A stretch of DNA of 64,000 bases from a bacterium (GTDB taxonomy: Bacteria; JAHJDO01), in assembly GCA_043824255.1 (NCBI GenBank), contig JBDRTG010000047.1, positions 96,001 through 160,000 of the forward strand. The letters are read 5' to 3'. The translations under genes and the position numbers were made by a program. Positions 18,630-29,370 of this stretch are shown here, piece after piece (position 1 is the stretch's first letter; each line of letters opens with the position of its first letter). The notes beneath the pieces were generated by a model, which did no database searches, was not told the DNA's origin, and was given only the letters and a program-made list of their open reading frames with translations.

Positions 18630-20813
18630 CTAAGGTCTTCTGCGATAGTCCTCTCTGCGACGGGGCTGGTCACGTCTATCAGAAGGCCCCATACACATCT
18701 CTTTAGCCAGATGGGCGGCAAATTCCTGTGCTCCTAAACCCATCATTTTGCCAATTCTTTTCATATCGTTATAACGATTTTTCAGAAGATAATTCTCTAA
18801 TAGTTTGCGATCGCCTTTCATAGCTAACCCCATTAGCTTCATATCCGCTTCCATCAATTTTTCTATTTCGCCTTTAATTTTTCTTCCTGCCTTAAACATT
18901 GGTCCTTCTTCAATTACATCAGGACGCCTTCCGTCTCTACTTGGAGGAGGCCCAAACTCATCCATCATTATTCTAGCGCATATACCAGTAAACTCCCTTG
19001 CTTCTAAACCTACTATCTTACCGATTCTATTCATCTCTTCATAATGATTTTGCTGAAGATAATTTTCTAAAAGCATGTAGTCGCCCTTCATAGTCAGTCC
19101 CATTAACTTCATATCCTTCTCCATCAATTTCTCCAGTTCCATCACAATCTTCTTCTCTGGGCCAGAAAGAGGGGTATCTTTAATCATGTCAGGTCGATAT
19201 TCATCCCTACTTGGAGGAGGACCAAACTCATTTATCATTATTCCGGCGCATATACCAGTAAACTCCCTCGCTTCTAAACCTACTATCTTGCCGATTCTAT
19301 TCATCTCTTCATAGTGATTTTGCAGAAGATAATTTTCTAAAAGCAGGTGGTCACCAGTCATAGTCAGGCCCATCAACTTCATATCCTTCTCCATCAATTT
19401 CTCCAGTTCCGTTACAATCTTCTTCTCCGTACCGGTAAGAGGCTCCTCTCTTATTCCCCTTACCCCTTTCCCTGTCTTCTCAAACTCCTCAATCCTCTTG
19501 ATAGCCTCCTTAGCCAGTTTTGCACATTTAGTGTCAGGATACTTAATCACAATCTCCTGATAGCCTGATATGGCTTTTATTATTTCACCCTTGTTCTCCA
19601 TGTCCTGCGCGCGATTAAATAAGGTTTCTATTTTCTCTTCATCGATTTTCTTTTTAACATATGTAATCTTTGCCCGGGCATTATCTGCGGCAAGAGTTAC
19701 CGGATAGTTATCAATAATCTTCTGATAATACATCATGGCCTGGCTGTATTGTTTCTCTTTAGCTGATTTATCCCCTTTAGAGAAGAGCTGCTCAATTTCG
19801 TCCTGTTCTTTGGCCTGATAGCTTGAGGCAGAAGAAGGAGAAATGGAAGGTTTCAATGTCCGTCTTGAAAACCTTTTGCCTAAGATAACACCAACCATAG
19901 CAATTATTATCACCGAAAATACAATGATAAGTAATTTACGTCTTCCTTTTTTCTGAGGCGACACTTCAGAAGAAGTACTAATAGGGCTGGGATGAAAAGC
20001 GCCTGCTCGATATTTGTTTATATCTTCAAGTATTTCAGTTGCTGTTTGATATCTGTGGCTTAGATCCTTTATCAGGCATTTTCTAACAATGAATTCTACT
20101 TCCCACGGGAGGTCAGGATTTACCTCTGGTACAGGCCTAGCCTCTACATTTATATGCTGCTGCATAACTCCGTACGGGGTCTCCGCCTTAAAAGGAACCT
20201 CTCCTGTCAACATCTCATAAAAAACTATACCAAGAGAGTAAATGTCTGAGCGGGAATCTGTTTTCTCTCCTTTAGCCTGCTCCGGAGACATATACTCCGG
20301 CGTACCCATAATGGTTCCTGTAAGTGTGATGCTCTCAGATTCCACAGCTTTAGCTATGCCAAAATCAGTTACTTTTACATGACCATTGTTATCTATCATT
20401 ATATTTCCCGATTTTATATCGCGATGAATTACCCCCTCTTTGTGAGCACATTCCAAAGCCTCAGCAACCTGAAAAGTGATGCTTAAAGCATCCTCACAGG
20501 AAAGTGCTCCCCGCTGTTTTATAATCTCGGTCAAAGTCTGTCCCTTGATAAGTTCCATGGCAAAGTAATACATTCCCTTGTGCTCACCAATGTCGTAGAT
20601 TTGAACAATCCGGGCATGATTTAATTTTGCTACTGCTTTAGCCTCACGCTGGAACCTCTCCACAAGGTCTTTGTCTTTAGATAAATGAAATGGAAGAATT
20701 TTTATAGCTACATGCCTGTTGAGAGACTCTTGATAGGCTTCATAGACGGTACCCATCCCTCCGCTTCCTAATTCTCTGATTATCTTGTATTGTCCGATTT
20801 TTTGCCCGATCAT
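18630..20813 (-). CDS. Hanks-type membrane Ser/Thr kinase with TPR-like region and three 90-aa C-terminal repeats
   Basis: LGSGGMG, VAIK, HRDIKSGN, DFG, YMSPEQ; TM at about aa 293-312; YQKIIDNYP-type TPRs. Confidence 0.92.
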   Translation of the reverse strand: MIGQKIGQYKIIRELGSGGMGTVYEAYQESLNRHVAIKILPFHLSKDKDLVERFQREAKAVAKLNHARIVQIYDIGEHKGMYYFAMELIKGQTLTEIIKQRGALSCEDALSITFQVAEALECAHKEGVIHRDIKSGNIMIDNNGHVKVTDFGIAKAVESESITLTGTIMGTPEYMSPEQAKGEKTDSRSDIYSLGIVFYEMLTGEVPFKAETPYGVMQQHINVEARPVPEVNPDLPWEVEFIVRKCLIKDLSHRYQTATEILEDINKYRAGAFHPSPISTSSEVSPQKKGRRKLLIIVFSVIIIAMVGVILGKRFSRRTLKPSISPSSASSYQAKEQDEIEQLFSKGDKSAKEKQYSQAMMYYQKIIDNYPVTLAADNARAKITYVKKKIDEEKIETLFNRAQDMENKGEIIKAISGYQEIVIKYPDTKCAKLAKEAIKRIEEFEKTGKGVRGIREEPLTGTEKKIVTELEKLMEKDMKLMGLTMTGDHLLLENYLLQNHYEEMNRIGKIVGLEAREFTGICAGIMINEFGPPPSRDEYRPDMIKDTPLSGPEKKIVMELEKLMEKDMKLMGLTMKGDYMLLENYLQQNHYEEMNRIGKIVGLEAREFTGICARIMMDEFGPPPSRDGRRPDVIEEGPMFKAGRKIKGEIEKLMEADMKLMGLAMKGDRKLLENYLLKNRYNDMKRIGKMMGLGAQEFAAHLAKEMCMGPSDRRDQPRRREDYRRRP
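18690..19450 (-). repeat. Intragenic tandem repeat, 3 copies of 270 nt
   Basis: The homologous segment atatcc[t/g]..ccatcaattt recurs at 18841, 19111 and 19381. Confidence 0.92.
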
Positions 20814-20916
20814 ACTCCCAATCTCTCCGTCAAAAAGAATTCTTTACTTTTCAAGCTGTCTCACGTTTCAATTCCTAAGATATAATAGATTGTCTCTCAC
20901 TAAAAATCAAGTAAGG

Positions 20917-21007
20917 CGGAGAGGGAGGGATTCGAACCCCCGGTCCCGAAAAATCAGGACAACAGATTTCGAGTCTGCCGCTTTCAACCGGACTCAGCCA
21001 CCTCTCC
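20917..21007 (-). tRNA. tRNA-Ser(CGA)
   Basis: GGAGAGG/CCTCTCC acceptor stem, GCAGA-CT-CGA-AA-TCTGT anticodon arm, long variable arm, GTTCGAATC; 3' CCA not fully encoded. Confidence 0.95.
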
Positions 21008-21107
21008 TCTTAAATTATGACACAACTTTGTTGAAAATAGCTATTAAAAAAATTTCTCGCATGGGATTTCTTGACTTAACTCACTATCTCATGTTAAGAT
21101 TCGGCAC

Positions 21108-21569
21108 ATGCAAAAGACTATTCTTTTCGTTTGTACTGGGAACAGCTGTCGTAGTATTATGGCTGAGGGATTACTTAAAAAGATGCTTTCTGAAAAAGGC
21201 GTTGAAGAATACAGTAAGTATAAAATTATCTCTGCTGGAACTCATACAGTTGAAGGATTCCCTCCTGTTCACATGACACAGAAGGTTATGAATGAGCAAG
21301 ACATAGATGTCTCTTCATACAAGTCAAATAAATTAACAAAGGAAACAGTAAATAAAGCTGATCTTGTTCTGGTAATGACTCAGAAACATAAAGATGAAAT
21401 ACTTCGTATTTATCAGGAAAAGACAAAGAAAATATTTCTGCTTAAAGAATTTGCGGGAATTGAGGATAAAAATCCGGATATAGCAGATCCTATCGGATTG
21501 TCCTATGACGCGTATAAATACTGTATGGAAGAAATAGAAAAATGTTTAATAAAGATAAGGTTGCAATAG
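21108..21569 (+). CDS. Low-molecular-weight protein phosphatase (YwlE/PtpA-like)
   Basis: FVCTGNSCRS and DIADPIG motifs. Confidence 0.9.
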   Translation: MQKTILFVCTGNSCRSIMAEGLLKKMLSEKGVEEYSKYKIISAGTHTVEGFPPVHMTQKVMNEQDIDVSSYKSNKLTKETVNKADLVLVMTQKHKDEILRIYQEKTKKIFLLKEFAGIEDKNPDIADPIGLSYDAYKYCMEEIEKCLIKIRLQ

Positions 21570-22024
21570 CTGCCGACCACGGTGGATGGCACTTAAAAGA
21601 AATTCTTAAGCCCTTTTTGGAAGGCTTGGGTTATAAGTATAGTGATTTTGGCACATCATCTGAAAAAGCCGTTGATTATCCGGATTTTGCGTTAGTACTG
21701 GCTGAAGCGATGAGAGCGGGTAAATATAAAAAAGGAATATTGATATGTGGAACTGGTCTGGGCATGTCTATGTCAGCCAATAAGATTCCGGGTATTAGGG
21801 CGGCTTTGTGTAACGATATATTCACTGCAAAGATGAGTAGAGAACATAATGATGCAAATATTCTGGCAATTGGCGGACGAGTAGTTGAAGAAGAATTGGC
21901 AAAGGAAATAGTTAAAGTATGGCTCCAGACAAAATTCAGTAACGCGCCTCGTCATAAGCAAAGAATAAAAAAAATCAAAGAAATTGAAAGCAAATACATG
22001 GGGACTTCAAAAAAAGCAATATGA
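21542..22024 (+). CDS. rpiB: Ribose-5-phosphate isomerase B
   Basis: AADHGG, VDYPD, ICGTGLG, ANK, REHNDAN. Confidence 0.95.
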   Translation: MFNKDKVAIAADHGGWHLKEILKPFLEGLGYKYSDFGTSSEKAVDYPDFALVLAEAMRAGKYKKGILICGTGLGMSMSANKIPGIRAALCNDIFTAKMSREHNDANILAIGGRVVEEELAKEIVKVWLQTKFSNAPRHKQRIKKIKEIESKYMGTSKKAI

Positions 22025-23268
22025 GTAATTTAAAAACAACTGACCCAGAAGTAGCAAAAGCAATCTATAATGAAACAAAAAGAGAAGCTTCAAACCTTGA
22101 GCTTATTGCATCAGAAAATTTCGTGAGCGATGCTGTGCTTGAGGCCCAGAGCTCAGTAATGACCAATAAATATGCAGAAGGCTATCCTCATAAAAGATAC
22201 TATGGCGGATGCGAATTTGTTGATGTTGTTGAAGACTTGGCCATAAAAAGAGCAAAAGAGATTTTTGGAGCTGACCATGCAAATGTGCAGCCACATTCCG
22301 GCTCACAGGCAAATATGGCGGTTTATTTTTCCATGTTGGATATGGGAGATACAATTCTAGGTATGGACTTAAGCCATGGTGGACATTTAACACACGGCAG
22401 TCCGGTAAACTTTTCGGGGAAATATTTTAATATTATCTCTTACGGAGTGAGTAAGAAAACAGAAACAATAGACTATGAATATGTAGAAAAATTAGCACTT
22501 GAAGAGAAACCTAAATTGATAATTGCAGGCGCTAGCGCTTATCCTCGCATAATAGATTTCGCAGCATTTAGAAAGATTGCAGATAAAGTAAATGCATACC
22601 TTATGGTAGATATGGCTCATTTTGCAGGACTTGTTGCAGCAAAAATTTATCCAAGCCCTATTCCATACGCTGATTTTGTTACTACTACTACACATAAAAC
22701 ATTGAGAGGGCCACGCGGAGGCATGATTCTTTGCAGGGGAAAGTATGCAAAACAAATAGACAAAATGATTTTCCCTGGTATTCAGGGAGGGCCTCTGATG
22801 CATGTCATAGCTGCTAAAGCTGTTGCGTTCAAGGAAGCTATGGCAAAAGGATTTAATGATTATCAGAAACAAATCGTAAGAAATGCCAAGGCACTTGCCT
22901 TAGAACTGAATAAAAGAGACTTTCGACTTGTTTCCGGCGGAACAGATACCCATCTTATACTACTGGATTTAACTAATAAATGTATCTCAGGCAAGGACGC
23001 AGAGAAGGCATTAGATGTTGCCGGAATAACAGTAAATAAAAATGCTATTCCATTTGATAAACAAAGCCCATTTATTACTAGTGGAATAAGAATAGGAACT
23101 CCTGCAGTAACTACAAGAGGTATGAAAGAGCCTGAAATGAAGTTAATTGCAGAAATGATAACAAAGGTGCTTACGAACATTAATGATACGGATAATCTTA
23201 AACAGACCTTATCAATGGTGACTAGTCTCTGCAAACAATTCCCTTTGTATGTCAACAAACTCCGGTAA
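22021..23268 (+). CDS. glyA: Serine hydroxymethyltransferase
   Basis: [27 protein letters not shown]. Confidence 0.98.
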   Translation: MSNLKTTDPEVAKAIYNETKREASNLELIASENFVSDAVLEAQSSVMTNKYAEGYPHKRYYGGCEFVDVVEDLAIKRAKEIFGADHANVQPHSGSQANMAVYFSMLDMGDTILGMDLSHGGHLTHGSPVNFSGKYFNIISYGVSKKTETIDYEYVEKLALEEKPKLIIAGASAYPRIIDFAAFRKIADKVNAYLMVDMAHFAGLVAAKIYPSPIPYADFVTTTTHKTLRGPRGGMILCRGKYAKQIDKMIFPGIQGGPLMHVIAAKAVAFKEAMAKGFNDYQKQIVRNAKALALELNKRDFRLVSGGTDTHLILLDLTNKCISGKDAEKALDVAGITVNKNAIPFDKQSPFITSGIRIGTPAVTTRGMKEPEMKLIAEMITKVLTNINDTDNLKQTLSMVTSLCKQFPLYVNKLR

Positions 23269-24757
23269 ATTAAAATTCCTGACACTTACCTCAGCAATTA
23301 GTGTCATATTCCTGGTTCTTGTAATTTTAAATATTTTTCCATTAGGTATTAAAAGCGAATGGACTTGGGAATATTCTTCTACAAAAAATTTTGATGGGAT
23401 CTGGTTTCCAGTACTTGTTTCCTGCATTTTGCTTCTGCTGTGTTATAATTTAATAGCTTATAAGAAATTGACAGGTTCCAAACCCCCAATAGAATTTATC
23501 CATATAGTCCTTATATGCTTTCTTAGCTATCTTTTTAACATTGCTATTTGCTACTTAAATACAGCAGGCTTCTATAATCTAATTCTGACTATTATAAGTC
23601 CCTGGGCAACCGGCTATTTCAATGTTGCTGTTGAGATTAGAGATATTAGTTATTGGTTAAGCAATTTTCATGCTTTTGTTGAATATGCTCCCTTACATGC
23701 CAGAGTACATCCTCCAGGAAATATATTATTTTTCTGGTGGATAATTCACATATTTAATAGTTTACCCACCCTAACAGATTCTTTACTAAATATGGTAAAG
23801 AGCACTACATTCAACCCTCTGCCTGTATTTTCTGTTATTGGAGATGCTTTTGGACATTTCTTCAGTGATGCTGAAAAAGCCGCATCAGTATTTCTGTCGT
23901 TATCTTTGCCATTTCTTAAATGTGCTGTGATTATTCCCATGTATTATTTGGGGAAACTTATATATGGCAAAAAAACAGCTTTAGTTGCAGTATGTTTTTA
24001 TGCAGTTATTCCTGCACTTAATTTATTTACGCCTGGAATGGACCAGACATATACTCTGGTTTCTGTCTTATCTTTTTATTTATTTTGCCTCTCTATTAAA
24101 AAAAATAATATTTGGTTTACTCTTCTTTCTGGACTGGTTTTATCAATAGGCATTATGCTGAGTTTCTGTTTTCTGGTTATCTTGGGTCTGATAATTTGTT
24201 ATGGCCTAATATGGTTTTGGATAAATAAAACACATTTAAATTACATATTAAAGAGTTTTTTAGTATTGTTTGTAGCTTTTACAGCTCTCCCTTTATTATT
24301 TTATCTTTTATATGACTTTAATATTATAAAATTTTTCGTGAGTATTAATGTGTTTTCAGAAAATGCGCGATTAGATATCATCCGCGGTGAGGTCGCACGC
24401 CGAACATACTGGAAATGGCTATTATATAATCCTGTAGATTTTTTCTTGTTTGTTGGCATCCCGATTTCAGTGCTTTCTTTCAGAAGTATTTATAGTATTA
24501 TAAAGTCAGGAAAAATAGAAGCATCCAATATCTTATCTGTGGCTTTTTTTAGCATACTATTTTTACTTCTGTTCTCTGGAATAAATCGCTCTGAGGTAGC
24601 AAGATTATGGATGTTCCTCATGCCCTTTCCTGCATTAATAGCAGCCTCACAAATAAAGACGAAAACTAGTTCTGCTTTCTTAATACTACTTTCCCTGCAG
24701 ATCCTTCAAACAATAGTTTTCAAGTTATTCATAAATGTATATGGGATAATTAGCTGA
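23249..24757 (+). CDS. Polytopic membrane protein, probable GT-C glycosyltransferase
   Basis: About 12 TM segments, loop with [15 protein letters not shown]. Confidence 0.55.
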   Translation: MSTNSGKLKFLTLTSAISVIFLVLVILNIFPLGIKSEWTWEYSSTKNFDGIWFPVLVSCILLLLCYNLIAYKKLTGSKPPIEFIHIVLICFLSYLFNIAICYLNTAGFYNLILTIISPWATGYFNVAVEIRDISYWLSNFHAFVEYAPLHARVHPPGNILFFWWIIHIFNSLPTLTDSLLNMVKSTTFNPLPVFSVIGDAFGHFFSDAEKAASVFLSLSLPFLKCAVIIPMYYLGKLIYGKKTALVAVCFYAVIPALNLFTPGMDQTYTLVSVLSFYLFCLSIKKNNIWFTLLSGLVLSIGIMLSFCFLVILGLIICYGLIWFWINKTHLNYILKSFLVLFVAFTALPLLFYLLYDFNIIKFFVSINVFSENARLDIIRGEVARRTYWKWLLYNPVDFFLFVGIPISVLSFRSIYSIIKSGKIEASNILSVAFFSILFLLLFSGINRSEVARLWMFLMPFPALIAASQIKTKTSSAFLILLSLQILQTIVFKLFINVYGIIS

Positions 24758-24822
24758 TCAGACTGCTGAAATATCGTTAAATATTTGATTCTTTTGTCTA
24801 ATATGCTTATATTGTAAGCATT

Positions 24823-25743
24823 ATGAGAATAATGATGAAATCTAATGCTGCCAAAAAGCAAGTAATGGATTTTGTAGATAAACAATTTTCTTTCACAACA
24901 TCAATAACCAGAGATAAATCATCTAACAGGTCAGGAGAGTCACATTATCATATTCTTGAGATTGAGTTACAATATATCAGGTCAGGAAGTGGAGCATATT
25001 TTATAAAAGACAGGAAATATCATCTTAAGGATAATTCTATTCTTATAATCCATAAGGGAGAAATCCATAATTATATTAAGGGTAATTCATTAGTCTCTAT
25101 GGATAAGGTATATCTGGCCTTTAATCCATCTATATTTAGGAATACACAATACACATATAAAAAACTAATCTCTCGTATTGCTGAATGCAAAAAAAATTTC
25201 TCTCATCAAGTATCATTCCCTCCTGAAGAAAGTCAAAGAGCAGATTTGATCATTTCCAATATAAACTCTGAATGGGAAAACAAAAAGCTGCATTACAGAG
25301 AAGCAATAGTAAACCTGCTTCTGGAGCTTTTTATAATTATACATAGATCCTTTTCTCTTAGTGCTTCTGGAACCAGCACACATAAAAAAATCGAATCAAC
25401 TGTACAAGACAGGCTTATAAGCAAAGTGATTTCTTATATAGATAAAAATTATCGAAACCCTCTGGACCTGGCAACTCTGAGTGGGGTTGTATTCCGTTCT
25501 CCATATCATCTCAGCCATATTTTTAAGGATGTTACAGGATTTAATTTTAAAGAATATCTAATAAATAAACGTATTATGAAAGCCAAGAATCTTCTTGAGT
25601 CAGAATCAGATATAAAAGTAATATCTATAGCTGAGGATGTTGGATTCTCAAATCTCAGCACCTTTAACAGAGATTTCAAACGCCTTACAGGGATCAGCCC
25701 GTCAGAATACCGCAAGTTTTGCACACATTTCCGCAAGAAATGA
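24823..25743 (+). CDS. AraC-family regulator
   Basis: Cupin N-terminus (HYH..E..GEIH); double HTH (IAEDVGFSNLSTFNRDFK..SPSEYR). Confidence 0.93.
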   Translation: MRIMMKSNAAKKQVMDFVDKQFSFTTSITRDKSSNRSGESHYHILEIELQYIRSGSGAYFIKDRKYHLKDNSILIIHKGEIHNYIKGNSLVSMDKVYLAFNPSIFRNTQYTYKKLISRIAECKKNFSHQVSFPPEESQRADLIISNINSEWENKKLHYREAIVNLLLELFIIIHRSFSLSASGTSTHKKIESTVQDRLISKVISYIDKNYRNPLDLATLSGVVFRSPYHLSHIFKDVTGFNFKEYLINKRIMKAKNLLESESDIKVISIAEDVGFSNLSTFNRDFKRLTGISPSEYRKFCTHFRKK

Positions 25744-25820
25744 GTAGAAAAGATTCTTTTTTTGCGTAAACTGAATAAAAGAACAAATCTAAAACGAGTT
25801 TATAATTGGAAGGAGTTGAA

Positions 25821-26714
25821 ATGCTAATTGATATACATACGCATATAACCTACCACAGATTTCCTGAATTCGTTCAGAAACTTAACAGGAAAGAATTTAC
25901 TGCTGAAATCTTGCTTAAAAAAATGGATATGGAAGGTATTGACAAATCAATAATCCTGCCAATAACTAATCCTGAAAACGCAGACGACATTGGGGTTTCA
26001 GGAAACATGGAAGCTATTGAAGCAGCCAGGAAATATCCTGACAGGCTAATCGCCTTTTGCAATGTTGATCCCAGAGCAATGAGAAATTCTCCCAAAGCAG
26101 ACATATCAAAGGTTCTTAAGGTTTATAAGGAAATGGGATGCATGGGAGTGGGTGAGGTCTGTTCTAATATTTATTTTGATGATGAGCTAGCCAGGAATTT
26201 TTTCTATCATTGTGGAGAATGTGAAATGCCCATTATCTTTCATATGTCAGAGAAAATAGGCGGTGTTTATGGATTAGTTGATGATATGCATATGCCAAGA
26301 TTAGAAAAAGTGCTTAAGGAATTCCCCAAAACCATCTTTATAGCCCATGGGCCTGCTTTCTGGTCTGAAATAGGCGAATACATAGATAAAAAAGAACGTG
26401 GCCACTATCCAAAAGGTAAAATAAAAAAACCCGGGAGTGTTCCGAAACTGATGGAGAAATATCCCAATCTTTACGGCGACCTTTCTGCCGGAAGCGGGTA
26501 TAATGCTATCAGTAGAGACTCTGATTTTGGATACAAATTTCTTGAGGAGTTTAATGGAAAACTTCTTTTTGGAACAGATAGATTCACATCCGCTGACGAA
26601 CCGATACCTAACATCATCCCGTTTATCAAAAATGCTTTTAAAGAAAATAAAATTTCTAAAGAAGCCTATGAAAATATAACTCATAAAAATGCTCAAAAAC
26701 TCATTGGAGAATAA
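25821..26714 (+). CDS. Amidohydrolase family 2 metallo-hydrolase
   Basis: IDIHTH, GVGE, IIFH, AHG, FGTD; SD GGAG before ATG 25821. Confidence 0.85.
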   Translation: MLIDIHTHITYHRFPEFVQKLNRKEFTAEILLKKMDMEGIDKSIILPITNPENADDIGVSGNMEAIEAARKYPDRLIAFCNVDPRAMRNSPKADISKVLKVYKEMGCMGVGEVCSNIYFDDELARNFFYHCGECEMPIIFHMSEKIGGVYGLVDDMHMPRLEKVLKEFPKTIFIAHGPAFWSEIGEYIDKKERGHYPKGKIKKPGSVPKLMEKYPNLYGDLSAGSGYNAISRDSDFGYKFLEEFNGKLLFGTDRFTSADEPIPNIIPFIKNAFKENKISKEAYENITHKNAQKLIGE

Positions 26715-26715
26715 G

Positions 26716-27933
26716 ATGGATAAATTAGCAATTGACGGCGGAAAACCAGTTCGTACAGATTCCATGCCAAAACGCCGGCTCTTTGGCAAAGAAGAAAAAG
26801 AAGCTGCTATGAGAGTATTCGATGAAGCTATTGAAGCAGGAGAGGCATTTGGCTATAACGGCCCTCATGAGAGGGAATACGAAAAGGCCTTCTGTGATTA
26901 TATGGGAGTCGGTTTTGCTGACGGTGTTAATTCAGGCACATCAGCTGTATTCGTCGCGCTTGGAGCGCTACAGCTTGATAGAGGAAGTGAGGTGATTGTT
27001 CCCCCGATCACAGACCCAGGAGGAGTAATGCCTGTTGTTATGCTAAACTGTATCCCTGTTATTGCAGACTCGGATCCGCGTTCATATAATGTAGGACCAG
27101 AACAAATTTCCGCTGTCCTAACAGAACATACCCGGGCCATTATTGTGGCACATATTGGCGGAGACTCTGTTGATATGGATCCTATTATGGAGATTGCACG
27201 CTCAAGAAATATTCCAGTAATAGAGGATTGTGCTCAGGCACATGGAGCAAAATACAAAGGAAAACTTGTTGGTACAATTGGTGATATTGCAGCGTTTTCA
27301 ACTATGTTTGGCAAACTTCATGCAACAGGAGGGCAGGGTGGAGTTGTCTATACTAAAAATGAAGAGCTTTTCTGGAATGCTAAGCGATTTGCTGACAGAG
27401 GAAAGCCGTTTAATCTACCAGATGCTAAAGGCAATGTTACAGCAGGATTAAATCTTAATCTTAATGAGCTTTCAGCTGCTATTGGCGTAGCACAAATTAA
27501 GAAGCTGAATTCCATAATCTTCAGACGTAGAAAAGTTGCTGAAGCTATAAAAGAAAGATTAAATAAGGAATCAGAGATTGTATCTATAGGATGGCAGGTT
27601 CCTGAAACAGAATCAGTATACTGGTTTATGCGCATACATGTTAAAACAGACATGCTTAAAGTCGATAAAATGGCTTTTGCTGAGGCTGTAAAGGCAGAGG
27701 GAATCCCTGTAGCCAGGTCCTATCGTCATATACCTTCAGAATCTCGGTGGTGGAGAAATACTGGGCCATGGGAATTTTGCGAACGAGAATATAATAAAGA
27801 TTCTCAATGTTCTAATGCAATATTCGCTACAGATAGTCATTTCAATATCTCATTGAATGAAAATTATGGTGAAAAAGAAATAGGCGATATAGTTAATGTA
27901 CTTAAGAAAGTAGAACAAGCTTATAAAAAATAG
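26716..27933 (+). CDS. DegT/DnrJ/EryC1/StrS PLP aminotransferase
   Basis: LAIDGG, NSGT, IEDCAQAHGA, FSTMFGK. Confidence 0.9.
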   Translation: MDKLAIDGGKPVRTDSMPKRRLFGKEEKEAAMRVFDEAIEAGEAFGYNGPHEREYEKAFCDYMGVGFADGVNSGTSAVFVALGALQLDRGSEVIVPPITDPGGVMPVVMLNCIPVIADSDPRSYNVGPEQISAVLTEHTRAIIVAHIGGDSVDMDPIMEIARSRNIPVIEDCAQAHGAKYKGKLVGTIGDIAAFSTMFGKLHATGGQGGVVYTKNEELFWNAKRFADRGKPFNLPDAKGNVTAGLNLNLNELSAAIGVAQIKKLNSIIFRRRKVAEAIKERLNKESEIVSIGWQVPETESVYWFMRIHVKTDMLKVDKMAFAEAVKAEGIPVARSYRHIPSESRWWRNTGPWEFCEREYNKDSQCSNAIFATDSHFNISLNENYGEKEIGDIVNVLKKVEQAYKK

Positions 27934-27946
27934 GAGACCTCAAAAA

Positions 27947-29272
27947 ATGGGAAAACCAGCGCTTTTAGGTGGACTAAAAGCAGTTAAGACTGACCCTGGA
28001 GATATGTTTAAATGGCCCATTATTACCAAAGAGATTGAAGATGCTGTTTTGAAAGTACTCAGGGAAGGAAAGATGTCCGGTAATGACGTTACCAAAGAAT
28101 TTGAAAAGGAATATGCAGAATGGTTCGGTATGAAATATGCACTTGGCCATTCTACAGGAACAGGGGCTTTGCATGGTGCAATGTTTGGTCTAGGAATAGG
28201 TCGTGGGGATGAAATAATCTGTCCAAGTATAACCTACTGGGCATCAGCTCTGCCTGTATACTCTCTTGGTGGTACTGTTGTATTTTGTGATATTGATAAA
28301 GACACATTAAATATTGATCCAAATGATATTGAACACAGAATTACTGAACGAACAAAAGCTATTTTAGTGGTTCATTACGCAGGTATGCCTGCTGATATGG
28401 ATCCTATTATGGAGATTGCCCGCAAACATAACATCAAGGTCATTGAGGACGTTTCTCATGCGCATGGAGCACTGTACAAGGGAAAACTTACAGGAACATT
28501 TGGAAATGTCTCAGCTATGTCTTTAATGAGCGGCAAATCCTTTGCAATAGGCGAAGCAGGCATTATGCTTACAAACGACCAGAGAGTTCACGAACGCGCG
28601 CTTCTTTTTGGTCATTATGCACGGCATAATGAGGTTCAACTAGAAGATATTAAGCCATTGACAGGCCTTCCTTGGGGTGGTTATAAATACAGGATGCATC
28701 AATTGAGTTCTGCAGTGGGACTTGTACAGATTAAAAATTATCCAAAGCAGATAAAAGAAATAGATAAAGCAATGAATTATTTTGGCGATCTTTTAGAAGA
28801 AGCGCCAGGTATTAAGGTCCGCCGTCCTGAAAAGGATTCAGGAACTACAATGGGCGGCTGGTATGCAGCCAGAGGATTATATCGGCCTGAAGAACTTGGA
28901 GGGCTCTCAATCAAACGATTCTGTGAAGCTGTAAGAGCTGAGGGAAACAATAAATGTGCTCCAGGAGGAAACAAAGCATTACATTTACATCCTGTTTTTA
29001 ATGACGTAGACATATATAATCAGGGAAAACCCACCCGAATTGCAAATTCTCCAGAGGATGTGGATGTAAGACAACCTGTTGGCAGTCTGCCAGTTTCTGA
29101 GAATATACATAAATATACTTTTGGTATTCCATGGTTCAAGCACTACAGACCCAACATAATAGAAGAACATGCAAATGCAATTAAAAAGGTGGTTGAGAAT
29201 TACAAAAAACTCCTGCCTGGAGATACTAAAGAAGAGGACGCTGGAGGATTCGGTTTAACTGCCAGACAGTAA
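27947..29272 (+). CDS. DegT/DnrJ/EryC1/StrS PLP aminotransferase
   Basis: PALLGG, IEDVSHAHGA, SLMSGK, GYKYRM. Confidence 0.9.
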   Translation: MGKPALLGGLKAVKTDPGDMFKWPIITKEIEDAVLKVLREGKMSGNDVTKEFEKEYAEWFGMKYALGHSTGTGALHGAMFGLGIGRGDEIICPSITYWASALPVYSLGGTVVFCDIDKDTLNIDPNDIEHRITERTKAILVVHYAGMPADMDPIMEIARKHNIKVIEDVSHAHGALYKGKLTGTFGNVSAMSLMSGKSFAIGEAGIMLTNDQRVHERALLFGHYARHNEVQLEDIKPLTGLPWGGYKYRMHQLSSAVGLVQIKNYPKQIKEIDKAMNYFGDLLEEAPGIKVRRPEKDSGTTMGGWYAARGLYRPEELGGLSIKRFCEAVRAEGNNKCAPGGNKALHLHPVFNDVDIYNQGKPTRIANSPEDVDVRQPVGSLPVSENIHKYTFGIPWFKHYRPNIIEEHANAIKKVVENYKKLLPGDTKEEDAGGFGLTARQ

Positions 29273-29308
29273 GCAATATAAGCCTTCAATATCAACTGAT
29301 TCGCTTAC

Positions 29309-29337
29309 TTGACAACAGATTAGAAAATCAATATACT
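29309..29337 (+). promoter_or_regulatory. Sigma70 promoter of rpmA-dxr-rseP-ispG
   Basis: TTGACA-N17-TATACT. Confidence 0.7.
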
Positions 29338-29370
29338 CCCTAATACGTTAAAAAAGTCAGGAGATATACT

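Noticed and set aside
18690..19450. Repeats as a possible CRISPR array
   Set aside because: In-frame 270-nt coding repeats with no spacers and no cas genes.
16544..21007. tRNA-Ser-integrated island or prophage
   Set aside because: No integrase and no duplicated tRNA 3' end seen; the same holds for tRNA-Pro and tRNA-Leu.
20785..21276. 163-aa plus-strand ORF
   Set aside because: Antisense to tRNA-Ser and overlapping the phosphatase out of frame; shadow ORF.
21108..23268. ywlE-rpiB-glyA and merR-tRNA-Pro neighbourhoods as novelties
   Set aside because: Well-known conserved gene orders.
27172..28419. Identical stretch of about 26 nt in both DegT genes (DMDPIMEIA)
   Set aside because: Conserved, Met-rich, low-degeneracy motif; weak evidence for conversion.
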